From Candidatus Helarchaeota archaeon (GTDB lineage: Archaea; Asgardarchaeota; Lokiarchaeia; Helarchaeales; RDOG01): 64,000 bases of DNA. Positions within the stretch are counted from its first letter, which is position 1. The number at the start of each line of letters is the position of its first letter. The stretch is taken from positions 32,001 to 96,000 of the forward strand of contig JAHPZH010000004.1 of assembly GCA_019058315.1 (NCBI GenBank), given 5' to 3'. A program made the position numbers and the translations under genes. Under the pieces are notes generated by a model. That model was not told the origin of the DNA, made no database searches, and saw only the letters and a program-made list of their open reading frames with translations. Below, one piece after another: positions 30,320 to 41,152 of the stretch.

Positions 30320-31912
30320 TTATTTTTTTTTCTTATCCATAGAAGTTTTTGAAGTCTTTATAACCGTTGATTTACTCAATTTTTTAGAAATCAAGATTGT
30401 AATTAATATATTTAATGCAAAAATGGCACCAATAACTCCCAGACCAATGGGTGTTAATAAAAGGCGTAAAATGTCTCCTTCTCCTTGTGTAATTGGAATT
30501 AGAAATGGTTCCGTTGGTGCTTCTGGCTGAGTAATAGGTTTGTACGTATATAATCCCGCTAATCCCGTGTTATTCATGCCATGGTGAAACATCGGCCAGG
30601 GAAAAAGCGTACTATTGAGGTAACCTGCAAATTTAAATGCATGAATATTACCATCAAGCGATCCGATAACAACCTCAACCAATCCATCGTTGTCAATGTC
30701 ACCGAGCGCGGGAGAAGAAAGCTCTACCTGGCTTCCTATGTTTATGGGCCACCCCGGCACGTTCGTCCCATCATTATTGAGAGCATAAATAAAATTATCC
30801 CAAGAACCGACCACAACTTCCACCTGTCCATCTCCATCAATGTCGCCAAGCGCGGGAGAAGAATCCACCCAACTTCCTGTGGTTACAGACCACCCTTTTA
30901 CATTCGTTCCGTTACTATTAAACGCCGAAATGTTAAAATTATCTGATCCAACTACGACATCTAGCTCCCCATCCCCATTAATATCGCCGAGTGCTGGAGA
31001 AGAATATACAGAAGCTCCAGTGGATACAGGCCACCCTGGAACGTTCGATCCGTTGGCGTTTAACGCCCAAATTTGATTATTACTTGATCCAACTACAACT
31101 TCCAATTCTCCATCTGCATCAATATTACCAAGTGCGGGAGAAGAAACTACATTACCTCCAGTAGATACAGGCCACCCCGTCACGTTCGTCCCGTTACTAT
31201 TAAACGCCCAAATGTTAAAATCATCTGAACCAACCACGATTTCCAGCTCTCCATCCTCATCAATATCGCCAAGTGCGGGGGAAGACCGCACACTATCTCC
31301 TGTGGTTACTGGCCACCCTGTCACGTTTGTCCCATCATGGTTTAAAGCCCAGATTTTATTATCTTCTGATCCGACAACAATTTCAAGCCGTCCATCTCCA
31401 TCAATATCACCAAGTGTGGGGGAAGACCGAACTACTCCATTTGTACTCACTGGCCATCCCGACACGAGTGTCCCGTCGTGGTTCAAAGCCCAAATCTTAT
31501 TATCATATGATCCGACAACAACTTCCAGCCGTCCATCCCCATCAATGTCTCCGAGCGCAGGAGAAGAGAGGACATCATCTCCTGTCGTTACGGGCCACCC
31601 GTTCACGTTCGTACCATCATGGTTCAACGCCCAAATCTTATTATCATATGATCCGATCACGATCTCTAACTCCGCGTCCCCATCAATGTCCCCGAGTACA
31701 GGAGAAGAAAATACAAAATTACCTGTGGTTACGGGAAACCCGGGCATATTTATTGTATTTGTAAGAATTGGGTATTCAGGGATTGCTATTTTTATGCTAA
31801 AGGTGTTTGATTGTGGTAATTGAATCAAAGGAGACGAATTATCCCTATATAATCCTACTGAAATGATGAAAGTTGTTAAAATTAATAAATGAGTGATTCT
31901 ATTTGTTTTCAT
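30320..31912 (-). CDS. Cell-surface FG-GAP/VCBS-repeat beta-propeller protein, C-terminally anchored
   Basis: N-terminal hydrophobic signal, 8 repeats SSPALGDIDGDG.LE.VVGS.D..IWA.N..G..V.GWPV, C-terminal TM plus basic tail. Confidence 0.9.
   Translation of the reverse strand: MKTNRITHLLILTTFIISVGLYRDNSSPLIQLPQSNTFSIKIAIPEYPILTNTINMPGFPVTTGNFVFSSPVLGDIDGDAELEIVIGSYDNKIWALNHDGTNVNGWPVTTGDDVLSSPALGDIDGDGRLEVVVGSYDNKIWALNHDGTLVSGWPVSTNGVVRSSPTLGDIDGDGRLEIVVGSEDNKIWALNHDGTNVTGWPVTTGDSVRSSPALGDIDEDGELEIVVGSDDFNIWAFNSNGTNVTGWPVSTGGNVVSSPALGNIDADGELEVVVGSSNNQIWALNANGSNVPGWPVSTGASVYSSPALGDINGDGELDVVVGSDNFNISAFNSNGTNVKGWSVTTGSWVDSSPALGDIDGDGQVEVVVGSWDNFIYALNNDGTNVPGWPINIGSQVELSSPALGDIDNDGLVEVVIGSLDGNIHAFKFAGYLNSTLFPWPMFHHGMNNTGLAGLYTYKPITQPEAPTEPFLIPITQGEGDILRLLLTPIGLGVIGAIFALNILITILISKKLSKSTVIKTSKTSMDKKKK
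30630..31750 (-). repeat. Eight approximately 141-nt (47-aa) tandem coding repeats
   Basis: Recurring GAAGA, GGCCACCC and AACGCCCAAAT blocks at about 141-nt spacing; visibly higher GC than the flanks; boundaries approximate. Confidence 0.85.
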
Positions 31913-32035
31913 GAGTTTATTCTATCATCATTTTATAAATAAATTTTGTAGTCTTTGAGTTCTAATATCATTTGAATCTTTAAAAAAATCATTTTATAAT
32001 AAGAAGGGTAAATAGGATATGAATAATTAAATTGG

Positions 32036-32974
32036 GTGAAGAAAATTTCTGATGATAAAATTATGAGCATGTCTAAAGCGATTAAGAAATTCATAAAAGA
32101 TGGTGATTTGGTTTTTTTAGGTGGATTCGGAAATGGTGTCACATATTCTGCAGCTCATGAAATGATAAGACAGAAAAAACGGAACTTAAAAGTCTGTAAA
32201 TGCGGTGGAGGAATACTTTTTGACCAATTAATAGGTGCTGGGGTGACCAATTATATAATAACCAGCCACTGTTGGAATGGAATAGGGCCACAACCAACAT
32301 GGAATTTTAAACGTGCAATGGAGAAAGGAATACCCCAAAAAATAATCTATAATGAGCAATCGCTTTTTATGATAAATATGTCTTTTTTTGCAGGTTATAT
32401 GGGTATTCCCTTTATGCCAATTCGTTCCATTATAGGGACTGACATATATAATCACCCAAAAGAAGTTGGTTTAAAGGCATCTAAGGTAAAATGTCCTTTT
32501 ACTGGTGAAGATATATGTGTAGTTCCAGCGATAACTCCTGATGTTGGAGTAATTCAAGTACAACGTGCTGATAAAAATGGAAATGCTCAAATGTGGGGGC
32601 TTATTGGGGATACAAAATTTGGAGTTAATGCATGTAAAAGAATTATTGTTGCCGCAGAAGAAATTGTAGACAAAAAAGTTATAATGGAATCGCCTGAACG
32701 GACCATAGTATCTGGACATAAAGTTGATGCGGTAGTGCATGAACCTTGGGGTGGGCATCCTAGCAATATGCAAGGATTTTATTATACCGATTTAGAATAT
32801 GCATTTAATTACACAAAAGAAACAAAAACAATTGAAGATTGGGAGCGATGGCTTGAAAAATGGGTAACTGGAGTAAATAATCGGCAAGAGTATTTGAAAG
32901 TTCTAGGAGAAGAAAAAATCGAGAAATTAAGAGCAAAAAGTATTATTCAAGGGGCTGTTGATTATGGATATTAA
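32036..32974 (+). CDS. CoA-transferase subunit A (glutaconate CoA-transferase-like)
   Basis: IKDGDLVFLGGF, DQLIGAG, GIPFMP, PDVGVIQVQRADKNGN, VDAVV.EPWGGHP. Confidence 0.9.
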   Translation: MKKISDDKIMSMSKAIKKFIKDGDLVFLGGFGNGVTYSAAHEMIRQKKRNLKVCKCGGGILFDQLIGAGVTNYIITSHCWNGIGPQPTWNFKRAMEKGIPQKIIYNEQSLFMINMSFFAGYMGIPFMPIRSIIGTDIYNHPKEVGLKASKVKCPFTGEDICVVPAITPDVGVIQVQRADKNGNAQMWGLIGDTKFGVNACKRIIVAAEEIVDKKVIMESPERTIVSGHKVDAVVHEPWGGHPSNMQGFYYTDLEYAFNYTKETKTIEDWERWLEKWVTGVNNRQEYLKVLGEEKIEKLRAKSIIQGAVDYGY

Positions 32975-33800
32975 TAAAAAGGAATATTGTGAAGAGTTTA
33001 CTGGCTTCGAAATGATGTTAGTTTCTGCATGCAGACAAATTAGAAACAATGATATAGTATTTAATGCCATTCAATGGCCTTTTCTTGCTGTTCATATGGC
33101 AAAATTACTTCATGCCCCTGATTTGCTGATGGTAATGGAGGTTGGTATAATCCAAGATGAACTTTCACAACCTAATATTGTACCCTTTTCTATTGTAGAT
33201 CCTGTATTGATTCCGAACTCATTATTTGTTGGCGATTCTCCAGATGCGCTATCAGTCCTTCAACGAGGTGAAATAACTCTTTCATTACTAAGTACATCAA
33301 TAGTAGATAAATATGGTAATTGCAATACAACTGTTATTGGTCCTTATGAAAAACCAATTTATCGTTTACCGGGTGGGGGAGGTGCTACAGAAATTGCAGG
33401 TTTATCAAAGAGATTAATCTGGCTTATTGATGAGCATTCCAAACGCAGGTTAGTTGAAAAAGTAGATTTTATTACAGATCCTGGATATCTTACTGGGGGA
33501 GATAGCAGAATTAAAGCCGGATATCCTTCTGATACTGGTCCAGAAGCGATTATTACGCCTCTATGTATTATGAAATTTGATCCAGTTACCAAAGAAGCAT
33601 ATTTAGATGCACTTCATCCAAATGCGACTATAGAACAAGTAAAAGAAAAGACTGGGTGGGATTTAAAAATCGCCAAAGAAGTTAAACAAATTGAACCACC
33701 GACTATGAAAGAAATCGAGATATGTAGAAAGACCATTAGGGAAGCTATTGACCAATTTTATATATTAAAACCCGAATGGATCACGTATATAAATAAATAA
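32958..33800 (+). CDS. CoA-transferase subunit B
   Basis: MEVG, VDKYGNCNTT, RLPGGGGA, VDFITDPG, GPEAIITP. Confidence 0.9.
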   Translation: MIMDINKKEYCEEFTGFEMMLVSACRQIRNNDIVFNAIQWPFLAVHMAKLLHAPDLLMVMEVGIIQDELSQPNIVPFSIVDPVLIPNSLFVGDSPDALSVLQRGEITLSLLSTSIVDKYGNCNTTVIGPYEKPIYRLPGGGGATEIAGLSKRLIWLIDEHSKRRLVEKVDFITDPGYLTGGDSRIKAGYPSDTGPEAIITPLCIMKFDPVTKEAYLDALHPNATIEQVKEKTGWDLKIAKEVKQIEPPTMKEIEICRKTIREAIDQFYILKPEWITYINK

Positions 33801-33910
33801 TATTATCTTTTTTTGTCAATTAACAAAAAGGTTGCAAAATTTAACAAAATCATTTTATTTTTCTTTGAATATTGTATATTAATATTCTTTTTATATTTTG
33901 GTGGATTTCT

Positions 33911-35125
33911 ATGTCTAAACCAAAAAAAGACAATCTAAAAAGTCAGCTTAAAGGTCACCTAATTCTAAACTTGAAAAAATTTATCATATTTATAATTATT
34001 TTACTACCTCTCACTGGACTTTTGTTTTTCAATAATTATGGTCCTTGGCTAGATCCACTTTTTTCAAAACCCCCCCATCTTTCATGGAATCGTGATCCCC
34101 AGACTTCAATTGGTATTACTTGGGAAACTCCAATTCCAACTGATACTATAGTAAGATATGGTGTTACTCCTGATTGTAAAAATACTGTATCAGATTCAAC
34201 TTTTTCTATGTTACATTTTATTAATTTGACTAATTTGGAACCAAATACAACTTATTATTATCAAGTAGGATGCTCATTTCCCTTTTTACCTTACATGATT
34301 TTTACATATACCTTTGAAACTGCCCCTGCTGGAACACAACCATTTAAATTTGCTATTATTAGCGATACACAACAAGATGATTTTGGTATTTGTCAACATC
34401 AAAAAGTAATTAGTAGTATTACAACTATGAATCCTGATTTCTTGATTCATACTGGTGATATTGTAGCAGATTCAGGTAGATTGGATCAATGGAATCGGAT
34501 CTTTTATGAAATGACTTTCTTAACTTGTAATAAACCGATTATGCCTTGTCTAGGCAATCATGATTACAAATATGCTTGGATTGCAGCACTTCCATATCTT
34601 TATTATTTTAACCTTCCTAATAATGAGTTATTCTATTCATATAATTATAGTAATGCTCATTTCATCTCTCTATGTGTCGGATATAATGATGGCTTATGGT
34701 CTTTAATAGGCGATCAACGTGAATGGTTGGAAAATGATTTAGAAATTGCATCCCAAAGTAATGAAATAGACTGGATTTTTGTCTATTTTCATGCACCAAT
34801 GTTTAGTTCCGGTGGTTTTGGTATGCAACCAGATTTAACAGTGCAATTTTGGGATTTATTTGAAAAATATAATGTAGATGTAATTTTCAATGGTCATGAT
34901 CATGTCTATGAGCGAATGTATATATGGGGCAATCCTGGAATTCATAATATCGTATTTGGTGGAGGCGGAGGAGCGCTTGACGTACAAATAGGTTCAAATC
35001 CTTGGACTGTAGCCTCTACACTAAGTTATGGATTTGGATTTGTACAAGTTGATAATAAAACTTTAACTTATCAAGCAATAAACACGGAAGGGCAAGTAAT
35101 CGATTGGTTTACTTGGAGTAAATAG
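33911..35125 (+). CDS. Purple acid phosphatase-type metallophosphoesterase with FN3-like domain, membrane anchored
   Basis: SDTQ, HTGDIV, LGNHD, FHAP, NGHDHVYER; NLEPNTTYYYQV; ATG 33911 chosen as start. Confidence 0.88.
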   Translation: MSKPKKDNLKSQLKGHLILNLKKFIIFIIILLPLTGLLFFNNYGPWLDPLFSKPPHLSWNRDPQTSIGITWETPIPTDTIVRYGVTPDCKNTVSDSTFSMLHFINLTNLEPNTTYYYQVGCSFPFLPYMIFTYTFETAPAGTQPFKFAIISDTQQDDFGICQHQKVISSITTMNPDFLIHTGDIVADSGRLDQWNRIFYEMTFLTCNKPIMPCLGNHDYKYAWIAALPYLYYFNLPNNELFYSYNYSNAHFISLCVGYNDGLWSLIGDQREWLENDLEIASQSNEIDWIFVYFHAPMFSSGGFGMQPDLTVQFWDLFEKYNVDVIFNGHDHVYERMYIWGNPGIHNIVFGGGGGALDVQIGSNPWTVASTLSYGFGFVQVDNKTLTYQAINTEGQVIDWFTWSK

Positions 35126-35137
35126 GAGTAAAAATAA

Positions 35138-35749
35138 ATGTACGAAATAAATCTAACATATTTTCTTTTTGGGACATTGATTTTTACACTAATACGTTTG
35201 ATCGACATGCTAAAAATGTTTAACCCCGATTTTGAAGCAACAAGTAGTTACCAGAAAGTGTTTTATCTGTTAATGGGATTAATTTTTTTATTAAGTGGTA
35301 TAAATGGAATTATTTTTCAATTAAAACTTGAAAAGATTATCCCAATTATATTTATACTGATCGTATCCGGGTTGTTCATTTCTGATACATTTGTTAAGCC
35401 ATCAAAAAACTATTTGATATCCATTTGTTTAGGAATTGGTACAGGAGCTCCCTTAGTTGTTCCATTTTTTCATTTATTTCAAGATTTAAGATTACAAATA
35501 AACATACCATATCTTAGCCTCGTAGGAATAGGAATCAGTTTTCTTATTGGATTGGCAGTAGGGATATTTACTTATATTCTGCTTTATTATAAATATCAAA
35601 ATGGTCTTGAAGAATTTTGGGACGGTACTAGGGTTTGGCGAATTCTTAATAATAAGATATTTATTCTCATTCTATGGATTCTAATCATTATCGAAACATA
35701 TCTTCAACTTCATATAACATCTTTACTATCCATGTTTTACCAATTTTAA
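35138..35749 (+). CDS. Multi-pass membrane protein
   Basis: About 6 TMs, GGAG RBS, 12 nt after the phosphoesterase gene. Confidence 0.7.
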   Translation: MYEINLTYFLFGTLIFTLIRLIDMLKMFNPDFEATSSYQKVFYLLMGLIFLLSGINGIIFQLKLEKIIPIIFILIVSGLFISDTFVKPSKNYLISICLGIGTGAPLVVPFFHLFQDLRLQINIPYLSLVGIGISFLIGLAVGIFTYILLYYKYQNGLEEFWDGTRVWRILNNKIFILILWILIIIETYLQLHITSLLSMFYQF

Positions 35750-35940
35750 GCCTTTTTACAATTATTTCATATAAAAAAGGTTAATGTCATATAATTATCA
35801 TTTTTAGATTAAATAGCTCCTAATTCCCCCAGAAATTGGAATAAATATACAAGCCTTATAAGTCTGACAATTAATTTTATTTATCAATTATGTATAGGTT
35901 ACATAAGATTCTATTTTTTAATTCAATTAAGGTGAAAATA

Positions 35941-37092
35941 ATGGCAAGTGAAGCAGCTGAACAAGCTTATGATAAATTAAGAAATATTGTTATGCTACCA
36001 AAGAACAAAAATTCAATAGATATTTTGAAAATTTGGTATACTGATGAAGATGCTAAAATTTTAACTGCAGGTCCTTTTAGAACCGTTACATTAGATAGGT
36101 ATACTATCGAAAAATATGCAAAAAGGGCAAAACTTCCTGAAGAAAAAGTGAGAGAAACTTTTGAACGTTTAGCACATAGAGGGGTACTATTTTGGTATTA
36201 TAGTAGAAAGGATGGGAAAAAAAATTACTATATTCCTCCACTATTCCCAGGCTTAGTAGAAGCCTTCATTATTAATCCTAATGTAAGTATAGATGAACGC
36301 AGAGCATTTCTTAAAAAGTTTCATTCAATGGAAGGAGAAGGTTTTCTAATGAACTTCGCTTCGGATTATAGCGTTTTTAGAATAGTTCCTGCTCTCAAAC
36401 CAGAAGCTGAGGGTAGATTAATCCAAGTAGATGAGGCTTTAGAAGTTGATAAATCCCAAGTATTAACTTATCAAGATGTGACTAAAATAATCGAATCAAC
36501 CTATGATATTGCTGTAATGCCTTGTACCTGTCGAATGATGTCTATGATGTTAAAGACCTCTCCCGAATGTGAACGATCTGTTGAGGTGTGCATGGTTTTT
36601 GGCTCCGCAGCTAAATATTTTGTTGAAGAAAATTTTGGTCGTCATATTACTAAGGAAGAAGCTCTGGACATTTTAAAACAATCAGAAAAGGAAGGTTTAA
36701 TTCACTGCACACAGAACACAAAATTCAAACATGGATTTATCTGTAATTGTTGTACTTGTTGTTGTGGTGTCATTAGCACTGCAATAAAAATGAACTATCC
36801 GGAATTATTTCAAAAGTCTGATTATGTCCCTATTATTGACAATGAAAGTTGTAAACTCTGTAAAAAATGTGTAAACCTCTGTCCATTTCATGCATTATTT
36901 TATAAAATTGGTCCTAAAGAAGATAAATCAGAAGATAAAATTGTCGTGAGAGAACAGTCTTGTGTAGGATGCGGATTATGTGCATCAAATTGTCCACAAG
37001 AAGCCATAAATCTTAAAAAAATTAGAGATAATGTGCCTGCTGATACATTCATGGATGCGATCCAGCAGATGATGCAAGATAGAAAGATATAA
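35941..37092 (+). CDS. 4Fe-4S dicluster protein with N-terminal HTH-like region and Cys-rich central domain
   Basis: CTCR, CNCCTCCC, two CxxCxxCxxxCP motifs; GGTGA RBS before ATG 35941. Confidence 0.85.
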   Translation: MASEAAEQAYDKLRNIVMLPKNKNSIDILKIWYTDEDAKILTAGPFRTVTLDRYTIEKYAKRAKLPEEKVRETFERLAHRGVLFWYYSRKDGKKNYYIPPLFPGLVEAFIINPNVSIDERRAFLKKFHSMEGEGFLMNFASDYSVFRIVPALKPEAEGRLIQVDEALEVDKSQVLTYQDVTKIIESTYDIAVMPCTCRMMSMMLKTSPECERSVEVCMVFGSAAKYFVEENFGRHITKEEALDILKQSEKEGLIHCTQNTKFKHGFICNCCTCCCGVISTAIKMNYPELFQKSDYVPIIDNESCKLCKKCVNLCPFHALFYKIGPKEDKSEDKIVVREQSCVGCGLCASNCPQEAINLKKIRDNVPADTFMDAIQQMMQDRKI

Positions 37093-37127
37093 ATGATTTA
37101 TATTAAACCTATATTCTATTCTTTTTT

Positions 37128-38255
37128 TTAACTCATTATTAGCTCAGTGAAAGTCTTATTTCCAATTTTAAGCTCTTCTGGAGGGACATCATTCCGGACT
37201 TTCTTCATTTTTATTGCGTTTTTTGCACAATTTGAAGCACAAACACCACATCCAATACATGCTTCGGTTCTTATAATGATTTTATCATCAGAAGAATCTG
37301 TTTCAAGCGGAAATTGATGATAAATAGCTTCCATTGGACATTTATTTACACAGACTTCACATTTTACGCATAGCTCATTATCAATAACTGGTTCATAATT
37401 ACTTTTTTTAGTCACTGGAAGACCATATTGCTTCGTAGGACCTAATATTCCGCAATGACAACTACAGCAATTACAAATAAACATGTAGGATTCTGGACCA
37501 GTACAATATGTTGTGTTATGAACGAGTCCTGCCTTCTCTGTCTTTTTAAGGTATTCAATGGCTTCTTCTTTATTTAATGCTCTCCCCATACCTGTTTCTG
37601 CCATATATTGTGCACCTATTCCAGCAATAAAACAACCATCCTCCGCCTTTGCTAGTTTACATGGTTCATCATTTAATTCAGCAACAAGTCGACATTGACA
37701 AGTAATAACTGCAAATTGATTATGATTATTAATTAAGCGTTCAACTAATTCATATGGAAGGACTTGTGAAGAAGATTCAATATTTTCGTCTATTTCAATT
37801 AGTTTTTGTTTAGCTTCAATTGGAAGTAGAGGGCGTAAGAATGAAAAACCATGTTCAATAAATCGAAATGATAAGGATTTATCCATGAAATAACTCATTA
37901 TTTTAGCAGCTTTCTTTAGATTTTCCACGGTGTCTTGACGGGCACTAAAATATGCCTCAAAGATACCTGGTGCAAGTGGTAATAGTCCATATTTAGAACC
38001 ACTCTTACAGATAACCCTCTTTTTATGCATATTTTTAAGCATTTTTTTAACTTCTTGCTTTGGAAGGTTCGATTTTTTCACTAATTCTTTTAGAGGAATG
38101 AACTTATCGGCGGTTGGAAAATGGGAAAGAAGTTTAATCTCATCCTCATTCCAAAATATCTTAAGTAATTCAATTACTTTTGGATGTTTGGGAGCCGATA
38201 AAGGTCCCAATGTTAATTTTTGCCTAACAATTTCGTAATAATCGTCAATATTCAT
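37128..38255 (-). CDS. Convergent paralog: 4Fe-4S dicluster protein
   Basis: CQCR, CNCCSCHC, two CxxCxxCxxxC motifs. Confidence 0.85.
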   Translation of the reverse strand: MNIDDYYEIVRQKLTLGPLSAPKHPKVIELLKIFWNEDEIKLLSHFPTADKFIPLKELVKKSNLPKQEVKKMLKNMHKKRVICKSGSKYGLLPLAPGIFEAYFSARQDTVENLKKAAKIMSYFMDKSLSFRFIEHGFSFLRPLLPIEAKQKLIEIDENIESSSQVLPYELVERLINNHNQFAVITCQCRLVAELNDEPCKLAKAEDGCFIAGIGAQYMAETGMGRALNKEEAIEYLKKTEKAGLVHNTTYCTGPESYMFICNCCSCHCGILGPTKQYGLPVTKKSNYEPVIDNELCVKCEVCVNKCPMEAIYHQFPLETDSSDDKIIIRTEACIGCGVCASNCAKNAIKMKKVRNDVPPEELKIGNKTFTELIMS

Positions 38256-38378
38256 TTTAAATCCTCAATTCTTTGAATTTTACATTTAAAAAGTATAATT
38301 ATTTAATTTAATAAAATTCATTTTATTATTTATTTATATCATTGAAATCGTTGGAGTTTAAGTTTTTTATAATCAAAG

Positions 38379-39542
38379 GTGTATAATATGGGAAAATTAA
38401 AGGGATTAAAACCTCTATTGATACTTGTCACATTAGGAATTTTCGCCCTTATTGTTTTTATTCTTAATAGTTTGTTAGGTAATAATTCTTCATTATTTAT
38501 AGATAATAAAAACAGTCTTTATGTAGGAGGAAAAATTTGGGTTAGATTTGGAATTTTTTTGATAGTATTATTTGCATGGATTGCAATTTCTGTTCTATTA
38601 GGAATGATAGGACCAGGAAAATATAAATATCGTCTTGAAGATTGGGCAAATGAAAATTTATTTTATAAGGTTGATTATAACAAAGAAAAATGGAATGTGG
38701 TTTTAGACACACATTGTCATACAAGAAGAAGTGACGGGAAATTAACGCTTGAAAAAAATGTATTCTATCATCTGAGCGTTGGCTTTAATGCTTTTGTTAT
38801 TACTGATCATAATAGAATGCCAAATGTTAAAGAAATAAAAAGATTGAATGAAAAATATAAAGGAAAAATGGTCATTATTCCAGGTTTTGAATACACAACT
38901 TTAAGGTTCCATATGTGTATAATAGGCATTACTGATTGGGGAAAAAAAATCCACCTTTATCCTACAGATGAGCAAATTAAAGAGGTTATTGAAGAAGCAC
39001 ATAGAAAAGGAGGCATTTGTGTGATTGCTCACTATCCTTGGTCAACATGGGGTGAATATCCTAAGTGTCCTGATCATCCAACGCGAGAACAAATGTATAA
39101 TTGGGGAGTTGACTTAATTGAATGTGCAAATTGGGATGATGATAAAGCTCTTATTGATTATACTAGTTATGAATTTGCAAAGGCAAATCCAAATATTGGT
39201 TTATGTTGCGGGACTGATATGCATGAACCATTTAAGGATCCTCTATGTGGTTGGACCGTTTTAAAAGCAAAAGATTTTACTGCAGATGCTATTATAGAGG
39301 AATTAAAAAAACATAACACTGATGTAATTCTTCGAAATGAACCTGCAAGATATCTAATCAAACATAAAGAAAGTTTTTGGTATAAAATTCTTCGGCCATT
39401 TATTATGTTTGGTGAAAAATTTGAATCAATTTATTTAGGAGGAAAGATTTCAAATCTTGATTTTGCCGCGTTTAATGCTTGGCTTTCATATTTTTTCATA
39501 ATATTTGTTCTAATAGAAATTGTTCGTTATATAGGATTCTGA
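38379..39542 (+). CDS. Membrane-anchored PHP-domain metallohydrolase
   Basis: DTHCHT..SDG, ITDHN, IPGFE, AHYP, GTDMH; N- and C-terminal TMs. Confidence 0.85.
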   Translation: MYNMGKLKGLKPLLILVTLGIFALIVFILNSLLGNNSSLFIDNKNSLYVGGKIWVRFGIFLIVLFAWIAISVLLGMIGPGKYKYRLEDWANENLFYKVDYNKEKWNVVLDTHCHTRRSDGKLTLEKNVFYHLSVGFNAFVITDHNRMPNVKEIKRLNEKYKGKMVIIPGFEYTTLRFHMCIIGITDWGKKIHLYPTDEQIKEVIEEAHRKGGICVIAHYPWSTWGEYPKCPDHPTREQMYNWGVDLIECANWDDDKALIDYTSYEFAKANPNIGLCCGTDMHEPFKDPLCGWTVLKAKDFTADAIIEELKKHNTDVILRNEPARYLIKHKESFWYKILRPFIMFGEKFESIYLGGKISNLDFAAFNAWLSYFFIIFVLIEIVRYIGF

Positions 39543-39550
39543 AAAATTAA

Positions 39551-40603
39551 TTATTGAAAATGTGGAATAATTTCATTAGCAAATAATTCTAGGGATTCCC
39601 AATATTTTCCTAAAAATTCAATTGCAAAATGTTCCACACCTGCTTTTACAAATCTATCCAATTGTTCAATAACGTCCTCTGGACTACCAGCAGCTGTAAC
39701 ATTAAAAACTGCTTCCTCAGGAATTGTTTTATACATTTCTATCATTTCTTGTTGAACCTTTGCCATTTCCTCGATTGATAGTCGAAGACCATGTTCAAAA
39801 CTCATATTTTCATCAAATGGAATTTTATATTCTTCAAAAATTTCTTTTTTCATAGTTAGAACTGTTCCCATTGGTCTAATTACATTTTTAGCCCATTCAG
39901 GATTTTTTTTATCTATAACCATAAAAATTTCGTAAGCTTTTTCAATTTGATCAAATCTTCCGAATTTTTTCATATTTTCAAGTCGTTTTTTATAGAGTTT
40001 GGGGGTGCAACCAGTCGGTATCCAACCATCTCCATATTTTGCAGTTAATTCTATAGTTCTAGGAGAATTTGCTCCCAACCAAAGTGATGGCATATGGGGA
40101 CTTTCAAGTGGAAATTGTAAATATGCATTTGAAAGGTTAAAGTAAGAACCTTCAAAATTTACTTTGTTTTTAGGATTAGAACTCCACAATTTTTTAATTA
40201 CTTGAATAGCTTCCTCGAGACGAGTTACTGGTTTATCCCATGGAACATTAAAATTGACTATATTCATTCCTTCACCTGCACCAATGCAGCAAATTGCTTT
40301 ATCATTAGTCAATCTATGTAATGTCGCCATTTCTAAAGCGATTTGAGCTGGATGTCTTCTATGGGGCTCTGTAACAAGGGGTCCAACTCTTAAATTATTT
40401 ACTTTTGTCGCAATGGCACCTAATAACGTGAAAACTCCAGGTACTTCAGCTCGATGTGGAAACATATTGAGATGATCCATTAAAAAAGTGCTTTGATAAC
40501 CCAATTTATCAACTAATTCAACTGATTTTAAAATATCTTCAACTTTATAACGTAAAAAAGAGAAATTTGTTCCATGTTGAATTCCAAAACTTATCTTGTC
40601 CAT
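39551..40603 (-). CDS. LLM-class flavin/F420-dependent oxidoreductase
   Basis: MDHL, RRHPAQIA, GAGE, F.G.YF.L, LWLGANSP, YGDGWIP, AGSPEDV. Confidence 0.9.
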   Translation of the reverse strand: MDKISFGIQHGTNFSFLRYKVEDILKSVELVDKLGYQSTFLMDHLNMFPHRAEVPGVFTLLGAIATKVNNLRVGPLVTEPHRRHPAQIALEMATLHRLTNDKAICCIGAGEGMNIVNFNVPWDKPVTRLEEAIQVIKKLWSSNPKNKVNFEGSYFNLSNAYLQFPLESPHMPSLWLGANSPRTIELTAKYGDGWIPTGCTPKLYKKRLENMKKFGRFDQIEKAYEIFMVIDKKNPEWAKNVIRPMGTVLTMKKEIFEEYKIPFDENMSFEHGLRLSIEEMAKVQQEMIEMYKTIPEEAVFNVTAAGSPEDVIEQLDRFVKAGVEHFAIEFLGKYWESLELFANEIIPHFQ

Positions 40604-40739
40604 GAGATTTACTCCACTAAAATCTATGATCGATTAAAATCAAGAATAAATTAAATTTTTAAGTGATAACGAGTATGATTTAAACTAATTTTCAATGTTA
40701 TATTATAGAAATAATAAATTATACAGGTGTTAATAAAAA

Positions 40740-40970
40740 ATGATAACAGCAGAACAAGTTCAGAAAGAATTAGATAAAATTAGGCCGAGTCTTCAGATGG
40801 ACGGTGGAGATGTAGAATTAATAGATGTAGAAGATGGAGTAGTTAAAGTCAAATTACAAGGCGCATGTGCTGGTTGTGCTTTTTCTCAGATGACTTTGAA
40901 AAATGGTATAGAAAGATTTTTAAAGGAAAAACTCCCTGAAGTAAAAGGAGTCGTTTCTGTCCCTCAATGA
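40740..40970 (+). CDS. NifU/Nfu-type Fe-S carrier domain protein
   Basis: [29 protein letters not shown]. Confidence 0.92.
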   Translation: MITAEQVQKELDKIRPSLQMDGGDVELIDVEDGVVKVKLQGACAGCAFSQMTLKNGIERFLKEKLPEVKGVVSVPQ

Positions 40971-41152
40971 TTCATAATTTAAAAGTTAATTCAATTCTGG
41001 ACAAAAAAATTGGTTAAAACTACTTTTCTTTTTCTTTAATTTTAGCTAATTACTGTACATTACCATTTTTTCTTTTTTTAGAATTTATATCTTATACTAT
41101 CAATTTTTTAAAATTTTAAACCAGATTATTTCATGTATTTGTATTAAAAATT

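Noticed and set aside
30581-31823. Several repetitive + strand ORFs and a possible CRISPR-like or DGR-like repeat array
   Set aside because: These are antisense shadows of the FG-GAP gene. The repeats are 141-nt coding units with no unique spacers, and there is no cas or reverse transcriptase gene nearby.
36735-36770. TGT-rich run (CNCCTCCC) as a microsatellite or selenocysteine site
   Set aside because: It is an ordinary Cys cluster also present in the paralog, with no in-frame TGA.
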